Assembly: GCA_963700285.1 (NCBI GenBank)
Contig: CAVOXA010000010.1
Location: forward strand, 1,472,001-1,536,000
Origin: an uncultured Chloroflexia bacterium
Lineage (GTDB): Bacteria > Chloroflexota > Anaerolineae > JAAYZQ01
DNA: 64,000 nucleotides
Reading direction: 5' to 3'
The position numbers were made by a program, and so were the translations under genes. Shown here one piece after another: positions 38,138 through 47,444 of the stretch (its first letter is position 1; each line of letters opens with the position of its first letter). Under the pieces are notes generated by a model, which searched no databases, had not been told where the DNA came from, and saw only the letters and a program-made list of their open reading frames with translations.

Positions 38138-38272
38138 TTAATCCTCCGGCCCGGCCTCCCTGCGCTTGCCCTGTGACTGCACGAGCCTTTGGCGATATAG
38201 GTCTGTGGCATAGTTGACCATCACCAGCACGTCCAGGGGATCGCCGTCGTCATAGTGGGTCTGTGGGATCAA
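38138..38272 (-). pseudogene. fragment of inorganic pyrophosphatase (44-aa mini-ORF)
   Basis: AGGAG plus TTG; IPQTHYDDGDPLDVLVM matches the family I PPase active-site signature. Confidence 0.65.
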
Positions 38273-38320
38273 ACTCTCCTGACCCCACGTCAGGCCCGGG
38301 CGGCAGCTCGTACAACAAGT

Positions 38321-38638
38321 TCATCCTGGGCCTACTCTCCCGGCTTCTTGCAGCACCTGCTCGCGACGTCCCAGGGGCAGTACCAGGTCGATATTGACGT
38401 GCGGCCTGGGGATGACGTGCACCGACACCACCTCACCAACCTTCTCTGCGCCGCGCACGCCGGCTTCTACCGCGGCCTTGCAAGCCGCCACGTCGCCCCG
38501 GACGATGGCAGTCGTGTAGCCGCCGCCGGTCTTTTCATAGCCTACCAGTTCAACCCTGGCGGCTTTGACCATGGCGTCGGCGGCCTCGACTACGGCGGCA
38601 AACCCCCGCGTTTCAATCATGCCCAATGCTTCTGCCAT
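38321..38638 (-). CDS. BMC hexamer shell protein (BMC-H, EutM/PduA/CcmK family)
   Basis: [26 protein letters not shown] and HVIPRPH. Confidence 0.95.
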   Translation of the reverse strand: MAEALGMIETRGFAAVVEAADAMVKAARVELVGYEKTGGGYTTAIVRGDVAACKAAVEAGVRGAEKVGEVVSVHVIPRPHVNIDLVLPLGRREQVLQEAGRVGPG

Positions 38639-38717
38639 TTGTACCTAGCCTCCTTGCATGTTAGCTCTCTGCCGCGACCCGTACCGTACAGGTCTAGCCT
38701 GCGACGTGCGGCAAGTT

Positions 38718-39356
38718 TTAGTCTTTCCGTCCCGGCTCTACCACCCGGCCTGTGATGTCCTCGATAGATTGCACTGCCGCAGCATAGCCGGCCATGATAT
38801 CACGCTCTTCACCGCCCAGGTAAACGCGCCCAAAGCTGCCAAAGGGCCGTACCTCGACGATATTGATCTCGGCCGCTTTTTCGGCTTCGTTGGCCGCCAG
38901 CACGGCATAGGCCGCCGGTGCGACCTCCATGACATAAAGTGTTTGCTCGGCAATCAGCATCATACCGTTCCGGTTGCGATTGATCAACTGCGTCTGGTGG
39001 GCGTCTACCCGGCGGATGATCTGGCTGGAGTGGATCTTGGGCTTCCAGCGCTCTTCTGCGCGGACCCCGAGGGCTTCGAGGATGGCTTCTCCAGAGGCGC
39101 GAACCTCGGCCTGGTCGGCAGAGTGGACCTCCAATAGGCCAAAGAGCCGCTCGACCACCTGCAGGGCAGGTCGTACTTTGGTGGATTTGAGTGCCACATC
39201 GGTAATGCGGTTGATCTCGATGCCAGGCGAGATCTCGACCCAAAGCGAGGCGTCGCCCGCCAGAGGCAGGAATCCCCTCGCGGTAGAACCAATAAAGGCC
39301 GCCATCTGTGGCTGCAAGCTGTCCAGAAACACGTACGAACGCAGGTCTATGCTCAA
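38718..39356 (-). CDS. BMC trimer shell protein (BMC-T, CsoS1D/CcmP-like)
   Basis: [35 protein letters not shown] and [10 protein letters not shown]; GGAGGTGA RBS. Confidence 0.88.
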   Translation of the reverse strand: MSIDLRSYVFLDSLQPQMAAFIGSTARGFLPLAGDASLWVEISPGIEINRITDVALKSTKVRPALQVVERLFGLLEVHSADQAEVRASGEAILEALGVRAEERWKPKIHSSQIIRRVDAHQTQLINRNRNGMMLIAEQTLYVMEVAPAAYAVLAANEAEKAAEINIVEVRPFGSFGRVYLGGEERDIMAGYAAAVQSIEDITGRVVEPGRKD

Positions 39357-39399
39357 AACGCTTCACCTCCCACGCATTGGCTGCGATGCCAAGGCGGAA

Positions 39400-40302
39400 C
39401 TAGTTGCTGCGCGAACCCCGAACGCGAGCGGCCTGTGCCTGCTCCAGGATCTTGATCCCAGCGCTGGCTCCGATGCGCGTGGCCCCCGCGGAAACCATCT
39501 CCCTGGCGGCCTCATAGCTACCGATGCCACCGGCTGCCTTGACTCCCAGGTCTGGCCCCACGGCACGGCGCATCAGGGCCACGTCCTGGACGGTGGCCCC
39601 GCCCGGTCCAAAGCCGGTACTGGTTTTCACATAGTCAGCGCCGGCTGCTTTGGCCAACTGGCACACGATCACCTTTTCCTCGTCGGTGAGCAGCGCGGCT
39701 TCGATAATGACTTTTAGGACAGCTCCTCCAGCGTGACAGGAACGGGCCACGGTTGCGATATCCCGTTCAACCAAGGTATAGTCCTTCGACTTTAGGGCGC
39801 CGACATTGGCGACCATGTCTACCTCGGTGGCGCCATCATCGATGGCCTGCTGTGCCTCGTAGGCCTTGACCTCTGGGGGTGTAGCTCCCAGCGGAAAGCC
39901 AACAACCGTGCAAACGTGCACGTCCGTCCCCTGCAGCAACTGGGTACACAGCTTGACGTGTGTTGGGTTGACGCACACTGCGGCAAACCCGTACTTGCGT
40001 GCCTCGTAGCAGAGCTGGGCGATCTGGTCCTGGGATGCATCCGGCTTGAGGAGGGTATGGTCGATCATCTTGGCGATGCTGGGTCCAATGTCAACGCTTC
40101 CCAGGGTCGAAGTCAGGCGCGAAGCACCCGCGTCCACCACCTGCTTTACCTTTTCCTCGCACTGCAGGACGCACTGGCCGATACAGTCGGGACAGCCGTC
40201 AGAGTCATCCTGGACACGCGCCTCTTCCTCGGCAAGCAGGATGAGCACCTCTTTTGTGATCTGTTCTACCAATCGCTCGACGGTTGATGGATCGAGTTTC
40301 AC
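39400..40302 (-). CDS. deoC: deoxyribose-phosphate aldolase with N-terminal encapsulation peptide and Cys4 linker
   Basis: [35 protein letters not shown] and GATRIGAS. Confidence 0.93.
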   Translation of the reverse strand: MKLDPSTVERLVEQITKEVLILLAEEEARVQDDSDGCPDCIGQCVLQCEEKVKQVVDAGASRLTSTLGSVDIGPSIAKMIDHTLLKPDASQDQIAQLCYEARKYGFAAVCVNPTHVKLCTQLLQGTDVHVCTVVGFPLGATPPEVKAYEAQQAIDDGATEVDMVANVGALKSKDYTLVERDIATVARSCHAGGAVLKVIIEAALLTDEEKVIVCQLAKAAGADYVKTSTGFGPGGATVQDVALMRRAVGPDLGVKAAGGIGSYEAAREMVSAGATRIGASAGIKILEQAQAARVRGSRSN

Positions 40303-40315
40303 CTGAACAAACCTC

Positions 40316-41122
40316 TCACTTGCGCAGGAATCGCCGTTCGATGCCCATGATCTTGTCCACCCGGCGGGCATGGCGATCACCACCAAAATCGGTTTCGAGC
40401 CACGTTCTGACGATCTGGCGGGCCAGGCTGCGACCCAGCAGCACTCCGCCCAAGGTCAGGACATTGGCGTCGTTGTGCTCGCGCGAATTGATGGCCGTGG
40501 CATGGTCATAGCACATCGCCGCTCGTACCCCCGGTACTTTGTTGGCAGCCATACACGAGCCGATGCCCGCCCCGTCCACCATGATCCCCCGCCAGACACG
40601 ACCCTCAGCAACCAACCTGGCCACGGCGTAGGCAAAATCGGGATAGTCCACGGAATCTGTGTTGTAGGTGCCGCAATCTACCACCTCGTAACCTAGCTCG
40701 CCCAGATAAGCTGCGAGGTCTTTTTTCATTTCGTAGCCGCCATGATCAGCCCCCAGCGCTACCGTACGGTCTGTACTTGGGGTCGGGATCGACCGTGGCT
40801 GGACCTGAGCCATACCAGATGCCACAGAACCGGGCTCCTGTACCAGGTCTATCCGGCGTTCCAGCGCGATGTCCCGGGCCAGGGGTGTTACCAGAGCTTG
40901 TGGGGGTACAGAGAGTTGTCCACCCACGGGTACTTTTCGAACATCATCTTCGGTCACAGAGAAGCTCTTGGGCAGGTCCCTGGCAATTGCCCCACGCGAA
41001 GGCAGCCTAGTCGATGTCTGATCGATGGCTGGACTGCTGGTAACTCCGTTGGGGCCCAGAGTCCGCATAAGGACCTTGCGCACGATGGCCCTGACTTGCT
41101 CTTCTGAATGGCTGGTCGTCAA
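40316..41122 (-). CDS. rpiB: ribose-5-phosphate isomerase B with N-terminal extension
   Basis: [41 protein letters not shown] and RHARRV. Confidence 0.92.
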   Translation of the reverse strand: MTTSHSEEQVRAIVRKVLMRTLGPNGVTSSPAIDQTSTRLPSRGAIARDLPKSFSVTEDDVRKVPVGGQLSVPPQALVTPLARDIALERRIDLVQEPGSVASGMAQVQPRSIPTPSTDRTVALGADHGGYEMKKDLAAYLGELGYEVVDCGTYNTDSVDYPDFAYAVARLVAEGRVWRGIMVDGAGIGSCMAANKVPGVRAAMCYDHATAINSREHNDANVLTLGGVLLGRSLARQIVRTWLETDFGGDRHARRVDKIMGIERRFLRK

Positions 41123-41679
41123 GGCTCACTTCCATAGTTCTCGTGGGGGATCGCCCCCCACAATCTCGGCGGCCAGTAGGAGACCCAAGCTTTGCCGATA
41201 ATTCCGTCACGGGGCATCGTCCCCCAATTGTGCGAATCGCTCGAGTTGTTCCTATTGTCACCCAGGACAAAATACTCGTCCTCTGGGATCAAGAGAGAAG
41301 ATTGGGAGTAGCGACCGTTTGTGGCAATGTAACCTTCATCCAAACGCCGATCGTTGATGAGTACCTGGCCATCCTGAATCTCCAACACTTCACCCGGCAG
41401 GCCAACTATGCGTTTGATGAGCTTGCGCTCGTCAGTTCGAGGGTCGCGAAAAACGACAATGTCCCCGCGTTCTGGGTCGCTCAGGCGGTAGCCCATTTTG
41501 TTCACTACCAGAAACTGGTCGTTTTCCAAGGTAGGATCCATGCTGTGGCCCAAGACCCGATAGTTCTCAAATAGTAGTGTGCGGATCAGAACATAGATCA
41601 ACAGTGTGAAGACGATCGTCTCAACGAGTTCGCGGACAATCGATTTTGTCTGAGATCGGGTCTGCTCCTCAGCTTGCAT
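41119..41679 (-). CDS. lepB: signal peptidase I
   Basis: GHSMDPTL, RGDIVVF, IKRIVGLPGE and VLGDNRNNSSDS. Confidence 0.93.
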   Translation of the reverse strand: MQAEEQTRSQTKSIVRELVETIVFTLLIYVLIRTLLFENYRVLGHSMDPTLENDQFLVVNKMGYRLSDPERGDIVVFRDPRTDERKLIKRIVGLPGEVLEIQDGQVLINDRRLDEGYIATNGRYSQSSLLIPEDEYFVLGDNRNNSSDSHNWGTMPRDGIIGKAWVSYWPPRLWGAIPHENYGSEP

Positions 41680-41850
41680 CCGTTTCCCTTTGCCGCCCAG
41701 CCCCGGTTCTGCAACCTGTCGGATCGTGCTCGGATGGCCAGCACGATCTTGCTTGGCATTATAACCCAACTCGTACGGCATGGCAAGCCGACTGTCAAGC
41801 CATGTGGCGAGACGTGCCAGAACCAAGCAGCTGCCAGCCTGTATGGAATT

Positions 41851-41879
41851 TTGACAAATCACGAACCATCATGTATAGT
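41851..41879 (+). promoter_or_regulatory. sigma70-type promoter
   Basis: TTGACA-17 nt-TATAGT upstream of the gene at 41952. Confidence 0.7.
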
Positions 41880-41951
41880 GAGTGGGCCGGGGGAGACTGG
41901 CCTCGCCAGTTCTCCAGCACAGTGCATAATCTCTGACGAGGAGGCGCATCT

Positions 41952-42485
41952 ATGTGGCCCAGGAAGGGCAACAGGGTGATCGTGGGGTTTGCGGTGGTAG
42001 CCGTAGTGGCCTTGATCGCCCTCACGGGTTGTGCACGGGTCGAGATCGTGGATTCAGCCGTTGTCAGCACTCCAGACTTTTTCTCCAATCGTCCGGCTGC
42101 GGGGGATGGTACACACAATCTGGCCGTGATCGCGGTGGACTTTGACCCACCATTGAACTATCAACAACTGATTATTCAGCGTCGATCTGTTTCATTGCTG
42201 GCGGCTGTTGAGAACTCTGGCAATAGCGCTGAGCAGGATGTGACCGTCTGGGTGCAACTTACTACCCCAGACGACCCTGAGCTTTTCCAAACTCGAGGGG
42301 CCAGCATGACCAGCATTGCCCCTGGTGAGGTCCGGGTCGTTCGTTTTGCCCATCTGGGTGAGATTCCGTACCACCAGACCTATCATCTGGAAGTGATGGT
42401 AGAACCTGTCAATGGGGAGAGCGACTATACCGACAACCTTAGGGCCTTTGACATCCGGGTCCATCAAGGGCAAGATGAACCGTAG
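41952..42485 (+). CDS. lipoprotein with CARDB/Ig-like domain
   Basis: GAGGAGG RBS, lipobox LTGC, VENSG, IAPGE and GESDYTDN. Confidence 0.75.
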   Translation: MWPRKGNRVIVGFAVVAVVALIALTGCARVEIVDSAVVSTPDFFSNRPAAGDGTHNLAVIAVDFDPPLNYQQLIIQRRSVSLLAAVENSGNSAEQDVTVWVQLTTPDDPELFQTRGASMTSIAPGEVRVVRFAHLGEIPYHQTYHLEVMVEPVNGESDYTDNLRAFDIRVHQGQDEP

Positions 42486-42509
42486 ATAGGCGGTGGGTAG
42501 ACCTACCTG

Positions 42510-42541
42510 AACCGGCTGGCGAATGCTAGCCGGTTTTCTTT
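42510..42541 (+). terminator. intrinsic terminator between convergent genes
   Basis: AACCGGCTGGC-gaat-GCTAGCCGGTT followed by TTCTTT. Confidence 0.7.
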
Positions 42542-42566
42542 GTCTGCGCCAGATTGCTGTGGCGAG

Positions 42567-43748
42567 CTATGAGATCAGGCCCGTCGACCGGCCGATCTTT
42601 CTGAACTTCTCAAGTACGAAATCCATTTGCTCGTCGGTGTGTGTGGCCATGTAACTTGTGCGCAACAATGAGTAGTTGGGCGGGACGCCTGGCGGGATCA
42701 CCGGGTTGGTATAGATGCCCTCTTCGAACAGCACCTTCCAGATGAAAAAGGTGGCATCCTGATCACCGATGATGATGGGGATGATGGGGGTCTGGCTGTC
42801 GCCGGTGTTGAAGCCCAGTTTCTGAAACTCTGTCCGCATATAGTCGCCGATCTCGTTGACCCGCTGGATAAGTTCCGGCTCCTCGATCATCACGTCAAGG
42901 GCTGCTGATACCGCAGCCACGTTGGCGGGAGGCATAGATGCGCTGAAAATGAGCGAACGAGCGTGATGCTGGATGTAGTGGATGACTGACGCCGATCCGG
43001 CGATGAATCCCCCCAGCGAAGCGAACGACTTGCTAAAGGTTCCCATTACCAGGTCCACACCATCGTTCACGCCCTGATGGATGGCCGTGCCCTTGCCGCC
43101 CCCTAGAACACCTATGCTGTGTGCATCATCGACCATGAATCGGGCGTTGTATTTCTTGCAGAGAGGGACGATGTCGGGCAGCGGTGCGATGTCACCACCC
43201 ATGCTGAACACACCATCGACGACTACGAGCTTGCCGGCGTCCAAAGGAATATTGCTCAGTACCCTCTCCAGATCCTGTGGGTCATTGTGGCGGAACCGCT
43301 TCATTGTACCGCGGGCAAGAAAACAACCATCTACGATACTGGCGTGATCATCCTTGTCGGTGATCACATAGTCCCCTTTGCAGACCAACGCTGAAATGGT
43401 CCCAACGTTCACCTGGTAGCCGGTACTGAAGACTAGTGCTGCCTCCATCTCCATGAATTCGGCCAGCCGCTGTTCCAGCTCCAGGTGCCAGGCCAGCGTA
43501 CCATTCAAGAAACGGGAACCGGTGCAACTGGTACCGAACTTCTTGGTTGCATCGATGGCTGCTTCGCGTACCTTGGGGTGCGTGGTCAGCCCTAGATAGT
43601 TGTTGGAGCCGATCATAACCAGCTTTTTGTCCCCGATGGTGACTTCGGTGCCTTCGGTTTCGTCCAGTGGCATGAAAAAGGGGTAGAAGCCAGTTTTCAT
43701 CAGGTCCTTGGCCCTGGTCCAGTTCCAGCATTTTTCAAAGAGGTCCAT
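42567..43748 (-). CDS. PLP-dependent alpha-oxoamine synthase (serine palmitoyltransferase / AONS family)
   Basis: GSNNYLGL, GSRFLNGT, DHASIVDG, DGVFSM, DDAH and GTFSKS. Confidence 0.9.
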   Translation of the reverse strand: MDLFEKCWNWTRAKDLMKTGFYPFFMPLDETEGTEVTIGDKKLVMIGSNNYLGLTTHPKVREAAIDATKKFGTSCTGSRFLNGTLAWHLELEQRLAEFMEMEAALVFSTGYQVNVGTISALVCKGDYVITDKDDHASIVDGCFLARGTMKRFRHNDPQDLERVLSNIPLDAGKLVVVDGVFSMGGDIAPLPDIVPLCKKYNARFMVDDAHSIGVLGGGKGTAIHQGVNDGVDLVMGTFSKSFASLGGFIAGSASVIHYIQHHARSLIFSASMPPANVAAVSAALDVMIEEPELIQRVNEIGDYMRTEFQKLGFNTGDSQTPIIPIIIGDQDATFFIWKVLFEEGIYTNPVIPPGVPPNYSLLRTSYMATHTDEQMDFVLEKFRKIGRSTGLIS

Positions 43749-43870
43749 GTGGTATTTTCTCCGTCGGCTAGATCCTATGGCAAGTCCTTGGCCAGCCCCT
43801 CCGTTCGTCAGGGCATGGTTCAGGGCGGGGGTCCCTTGGCTTCGCTTCCCATAGGCTCAGGGCAATGCGG

Positions 43871-44116
43871 CTAGTGACTGCAGGACGCACAATGCCCACT
43901 AGATTGTGTACACGATCCGCACCCACCGCCGGATCCACTGATGGCATGATTGACCCCATTGCTGCCTTTGCTAACGGCTGAAAACAGCGAGATAGCACGG
44001 GATGTATCAGTGCTGCCACACTGAGCACAAGCTGCGGGATCATTCGCTTTGCTCATGGTGCGGAGCTTCTCAAAGGTTGTATTACAATCGGCGCAATTGT
44101 ATTCGTATATAGGCAT
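43871..44116 (-). CDS. FmdB family zinc-ribbon protein
   Basis: MPIYEYNCADC...CAQCGS and a C-terminal CGSC...CASC. Confidence 0.85.
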   Translation of the reverse strand: MPIYEYNCADCNTTFEKLRTMSKANDPAACAQCGSTDTSRAISLFSAVSKGSNGVNHAISGSGGGCGSCTQSSGHCASCSH

Positions 44117-44485
44117 TGATCAGACCCTCACGGCTCAAGATCTCCCAAGATGGCTACGGTTCACATCTCATGAGATGCGCAAATTGGGACACTTGGATTC
44201 CAATACATTGCTTTACCTTGAGACATAGTCTGTACTTGAAGGGTGAGCAGCCCCGAGCCCTGATCGTACCGCGCTTTGACTACAGGCGCACACCGCTGCA
44301 GACAAGACGGAGGCTCGGTTTTGGCCCACAAACTGACCTATTGTACAATGATTTTTGGATTCGGTCAAACGCAGTCGCGATTAGAGGATGGTTCATGGCT
44401 CAGGAAGGTCACGTGGGTTGCCCAGGAAGGGTTCGGCACTCGGGGATTGATCAGATTTCAATATCGAAGCGAAAAGGGAGATCAC

Positions 44486-44884
44486 ATGATTGACGCCACA
44501 TTGATGGCTGCCATTCTGGACAGCCTCAAGGAACCGGTGCTCGTTGCGGACATTGAGCACGTGACCTTCTATATGAACAAGGCAGCCATCGATTTTTATG
44601 AGGGCGGAGAAAGCCTAATCGGCCGTTCCTTGCTAGAGTGTCACAATGCAGAATCGCAAAAGATGATGATCGAGATCCTGGCAGCCATGCACGAGGGGGA
44701 GGATGAGCGGATCATCACCAACGACAAAGAGCACAGAATCTACATGCGGGTGGTACGTGGCGTAGACGGCCAAGTCTTGGGCTACTACGAGCGCTATGAG
44801 CCGCAAGAGCCGGCAATGGACCGAGCTAGACCTCAGGATGCGGCGGCCGGCTTGGCGATGCTGGCCGCAGGTGTTGGTGTTTGA
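44486..44884 (+). CDS. stand-alone PAS-domain protein
   Basis: ILDSLKEPVLVAD...YMNKAA...LIGRSLLECH; GGGAG RBS. Confidence 0.75.
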   Translation: MIDATLMAAILDSLKEPVLVADIEHVTFYMNKAAIDFYEGGESLIGRSLLECHNAESQKMMIEILAAMHEGEDERIITNDKEHRIYMRVVRGVDGQVLGYYERYEPQEPAMDRARPQDAAAGLAMLAAGVGV

Positions 44885-46011
44885 CTCGGTACTGGCTGGG
44901 GCGTCATGGTGCCTACCGGGATGATGAGCTGCTGCCCGACGCGGAGCCGGTTGCTCTCCAAGCTATTTGCGGCCATGATTGCAGCCACTGAGGTATCGTA
45001 TTCCAGGGCAATGTTGTACAGGTTGTCCCCTGATTTCACGACATAGATGGTTGGCGTGGGTGCGCCCGAGGGCGGCTGTGTTGCTGTCCTGGTCGGGGCG
45101 GACGTGGGTGTTTCCGTGGCTGTAGGGGTTGGTGAGGGTGTCACGCTGGGTGTCGATGTGGGTACAGGTGTTGATGTGGGTACAGGTGTTGATGTGGGTA
45201 CAGGTGTCGATGTGGGTGCAGTGGCCAGTGTGGCCGAGGGGCGTGGCGTAGGCGTGTAGGTCGCCGTGGGGGTGATGGATGGCGACAGTGTGGGTATTGC
45301 GGTCAACGTAGGTGCTGGGCTAGGCGAGGGTGTCGCTGTAGGTGTAGCGGTCTGCGTTGCTGTTGGACGCGGCGTCAAAGTATCGGTCGCTGAGGGAGTA
45401 GGGGAAGGCACCGGCGTGGGCATCCCGGTCGGAGGGGACGTCAGGCTGGGCAAGGGCACCGAGGTAGGGGTGTTATCGGCGGGGACAGGGGTGATGGATG
45501 CCATTGCCCCTTCGCTCTCGCTCAACGCAGCCGTTGGCGTAGGACTGGTGGTGTCAACGCGGACTGCAGCCTTGCTGCCCGTGTCTGGCGCCGCGATGCC
45601 TGCCATCCAAGACTGGATCCGGTCCGATCCATCACCCACCAGAGAGAAAGCAAGCAGCGCCAGGGCAGCTATGCCAACGACGGTCAGGGCGATCAACAGC
45701 GGCCGGACCCAAACACGCTGTAAGGGAGCTCCACAAATACGGCATTCTTTTTGGCTAGAACGGTTGGGCGTTCCGCAGATCCGGCACCGGATCTGGCGTG
45801 GCTGCCGCCGAAGCTTGCCACACTGGGGACAGATGTGCAACTCTGGCAGAACCTCGGCTCCGCAGTTCTTGCACACCCCGGATGGTCTTTTGTCGTGTAC
45901 ATACTCAGAAGCCTGCATGCCAGTACGGCTTGTACCACTATCATCGGCCATGAGTAACTCCAACTCCTCATCTGCAGCCATCAAAGGGGGTTGTGTGCCC
46001 GGGAAAGTCAA
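44833..46011 (-). CDS. double zinc-ribbon, TM, Pro/Thr-rich linker and LysM protein
   Basis: Four CxxCG motifs, a TM helix, a PT-rich tract and the LysM YVVKSGDNLYNIA...LRVGQQLIIP. Confidence 0.88.
   Translation of the reverse strand: MTFPGTQPPLMAADEELELLMADDSGTSRTGMQASEYVHDKRPSGVCKNCGAEVLPELHICPQCGKLRRQPRQIRCRICGTPNRSSQKECRICGAPLQRVWVRPLLIALTVVGIAALALLAFSLVGDGSDRIQSWMAGIAAPDTGSKAAVRVDTTSPTPTAALSESEGAMASITPVPADNTPTSVPLPSLTSPPTGMPTPVPSPTPSATDTLTPRPTATQTATPTATPSPSPAPTLTAIPTLSPSITPTATYTPTPRPSATLATAPTSTPVPTSTPVPTSTPVPTSTPSVTPSPTPTATETPTSAPTRTATQPPSGAPTPTIYVVKSGDNLYNIALEYDTSVAAIMAANSLESNRLRVGQQLIIPVGTMTPQPVPSQTPTPAASIAKPAAAS
45151..45220. repeat. 18-bp coding tandem repeat (PTSTPV, about 4 copies)
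   Basis: TGT(C/T)GATGTGGGTACAGG repeated. Confidence 0.85.
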
Positions 46012-46289
46012 AGAGGGCCAAATGGCATGGGTGAAGAAGTGAACTCTGGTCTTGGTTCAGACCGAGATCTGGCCTCGGGCACAACAGGTGGGCGAACCTT
46101 GGCTCAGCATATGTTACCACAGATTGGACGTCTCGCCAAACCGCTGATCGGGCAAAATCCCGATTGTACGGAACACTCGGTGATGGGATCTTTTCCTGCA
46201 ACCTGGCAGCAAAATGCGGGCACTTTCTTTTTCCAGCAACTTTCGAGGCTGAAGGGACATGCGTGAGTTTGAGCCACCGTGGGAGTCCC

Positions 46290-47417
46290 ATGAATATCTG
46301 GCTGATTGAACCATACTACACCGGCTCGCATAAGGCTTGGGCTGATGGTTACAAAGCTCACAGCCGCCACAATGTGCGTCTTCTTACTCTGCCGGGCCGC
46401 TTCTGGAAGTGGCGGATGCAGGGCGGGGCTGTTACCCTGTCCCGGGAGGCCCAACGCCTGCACGAGAGGCCCGATTTGATCTTTGCCTCTGACATGCTGA
46501 ACGTGCCCATTTTTCTGGCCCTGGCTGGGAAAAATGTCGCAGGCGTTCCATTGGCTCTCTATTTTCACGAGAACCAACTCACTTATCCCCTCCAGCCAGG
46601 CGAAAAGCGCGATCTCTATTACGGTTTTATCAACTTTGCCAGCGCCCTACGGGCGGACGCGGTTCTCTTTAACTCGGCCTATCACCTGGATGCCTTTTTC
46701 GACGAACTGCCCCGGCTGCTCAAGCATTTTCCAGACTATAATGAATTGTGGGCGGTGGGCGTGCTCCGGGCGAAGGCTAGCGTCCTGCCCCTTGGTCTGG
46801 ATCTTGCCTCTCTTGATGCCCATCGTCCGTCGAGCGCAGCCTCTGGCCGCCCCTTGATCCTCTGGAACCACCGCTGGGAGTATGACAAGGACCCGGCAAC
46901 GTTCTTCCGTGCTGTCCATACGCTTGCTGATGAGGCGCTTGAAGGTGAAGGACCGGATTTTGGTCTCGTGCTGTTGGGAGAGAGTTTTCGGAATCAGCCG
47001 GAGGAATTCCTGGAGGCCCAGGAACGTTTGCCGGATCGGATCGTGCATTTCGGCTACGCCGAGGACGCAGCGACCTATGCCCGCTTGCTTTGGCAGGCTA
47101 GCACTGTGGTCAGCACCGCGAGACACGAGTTTTTCGGCGCAGCCATCGTCGAAGCCTGCTACTGCGCTTGTTTCCCGGTCTTGCCCCGCCGCCTATCCTA
47201 TCCTGAATTGATTCCAGATACCTACCATGAGGCATGCCTGTACGACGATTTCGATGGTCTGCTCGCCCTGCTGCGCCACGCAGTGCGTCACGTCAAAGAG
47301 ATGCGGTCGTTCTCCCTACGGCCAGCGGTCAACCGCTTTGACTGGCGGCAAATGGCCCCTCGATACGATCACATACTGGAGGGGGTTGCTCGTCGCGACG
47401 GGCTCGGCAAGCACTGA
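46290..47417 (+). CDS. DUF3524/GTDC1 (QTMAN-like) glycosyltransferase
   Basis: EPYYTGSH, LPGRFWKWRM, YFHENQLTYP, WNHRWEYDK, STARHEFFG and RLSYPE. Confidence 0.85.
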   Translation: MNIWLIEPYYTGSHKAWADGYKAHSRHNVRLLTLPGRFWKWRMQGGAVTLSREAQRLHERPDLIFASDMLNVPIFLALAGKNVAGVPLALYFHENQLTYPLQPGEKRDLYYGFINFASALRADAVLFNSAYHLDAFFDELPRLLKHFPDYNELWAVGVLRAKASVLPLGLDLASLDAHRPSSAASGRPLILWNHRWEYDKDPATFFRAVHTLADEALEGEGPDFGLVLLGESFRNQPEEFLEAQERLPDRIVHFGYAEDAATYARLLWQASTVVSTARHEFFGAAIVEACYCACFPVLPRRLSYPELIPDTYHEACLYDDFDGLLALLRHAVRHVKEMRSFSLRPAVNRFDWRQMAPRYDHILEGVARRDGLGKH

Positions 47418-47444
47418 ATGTCTGGTTCTTGGGGGCGCTCTAGC

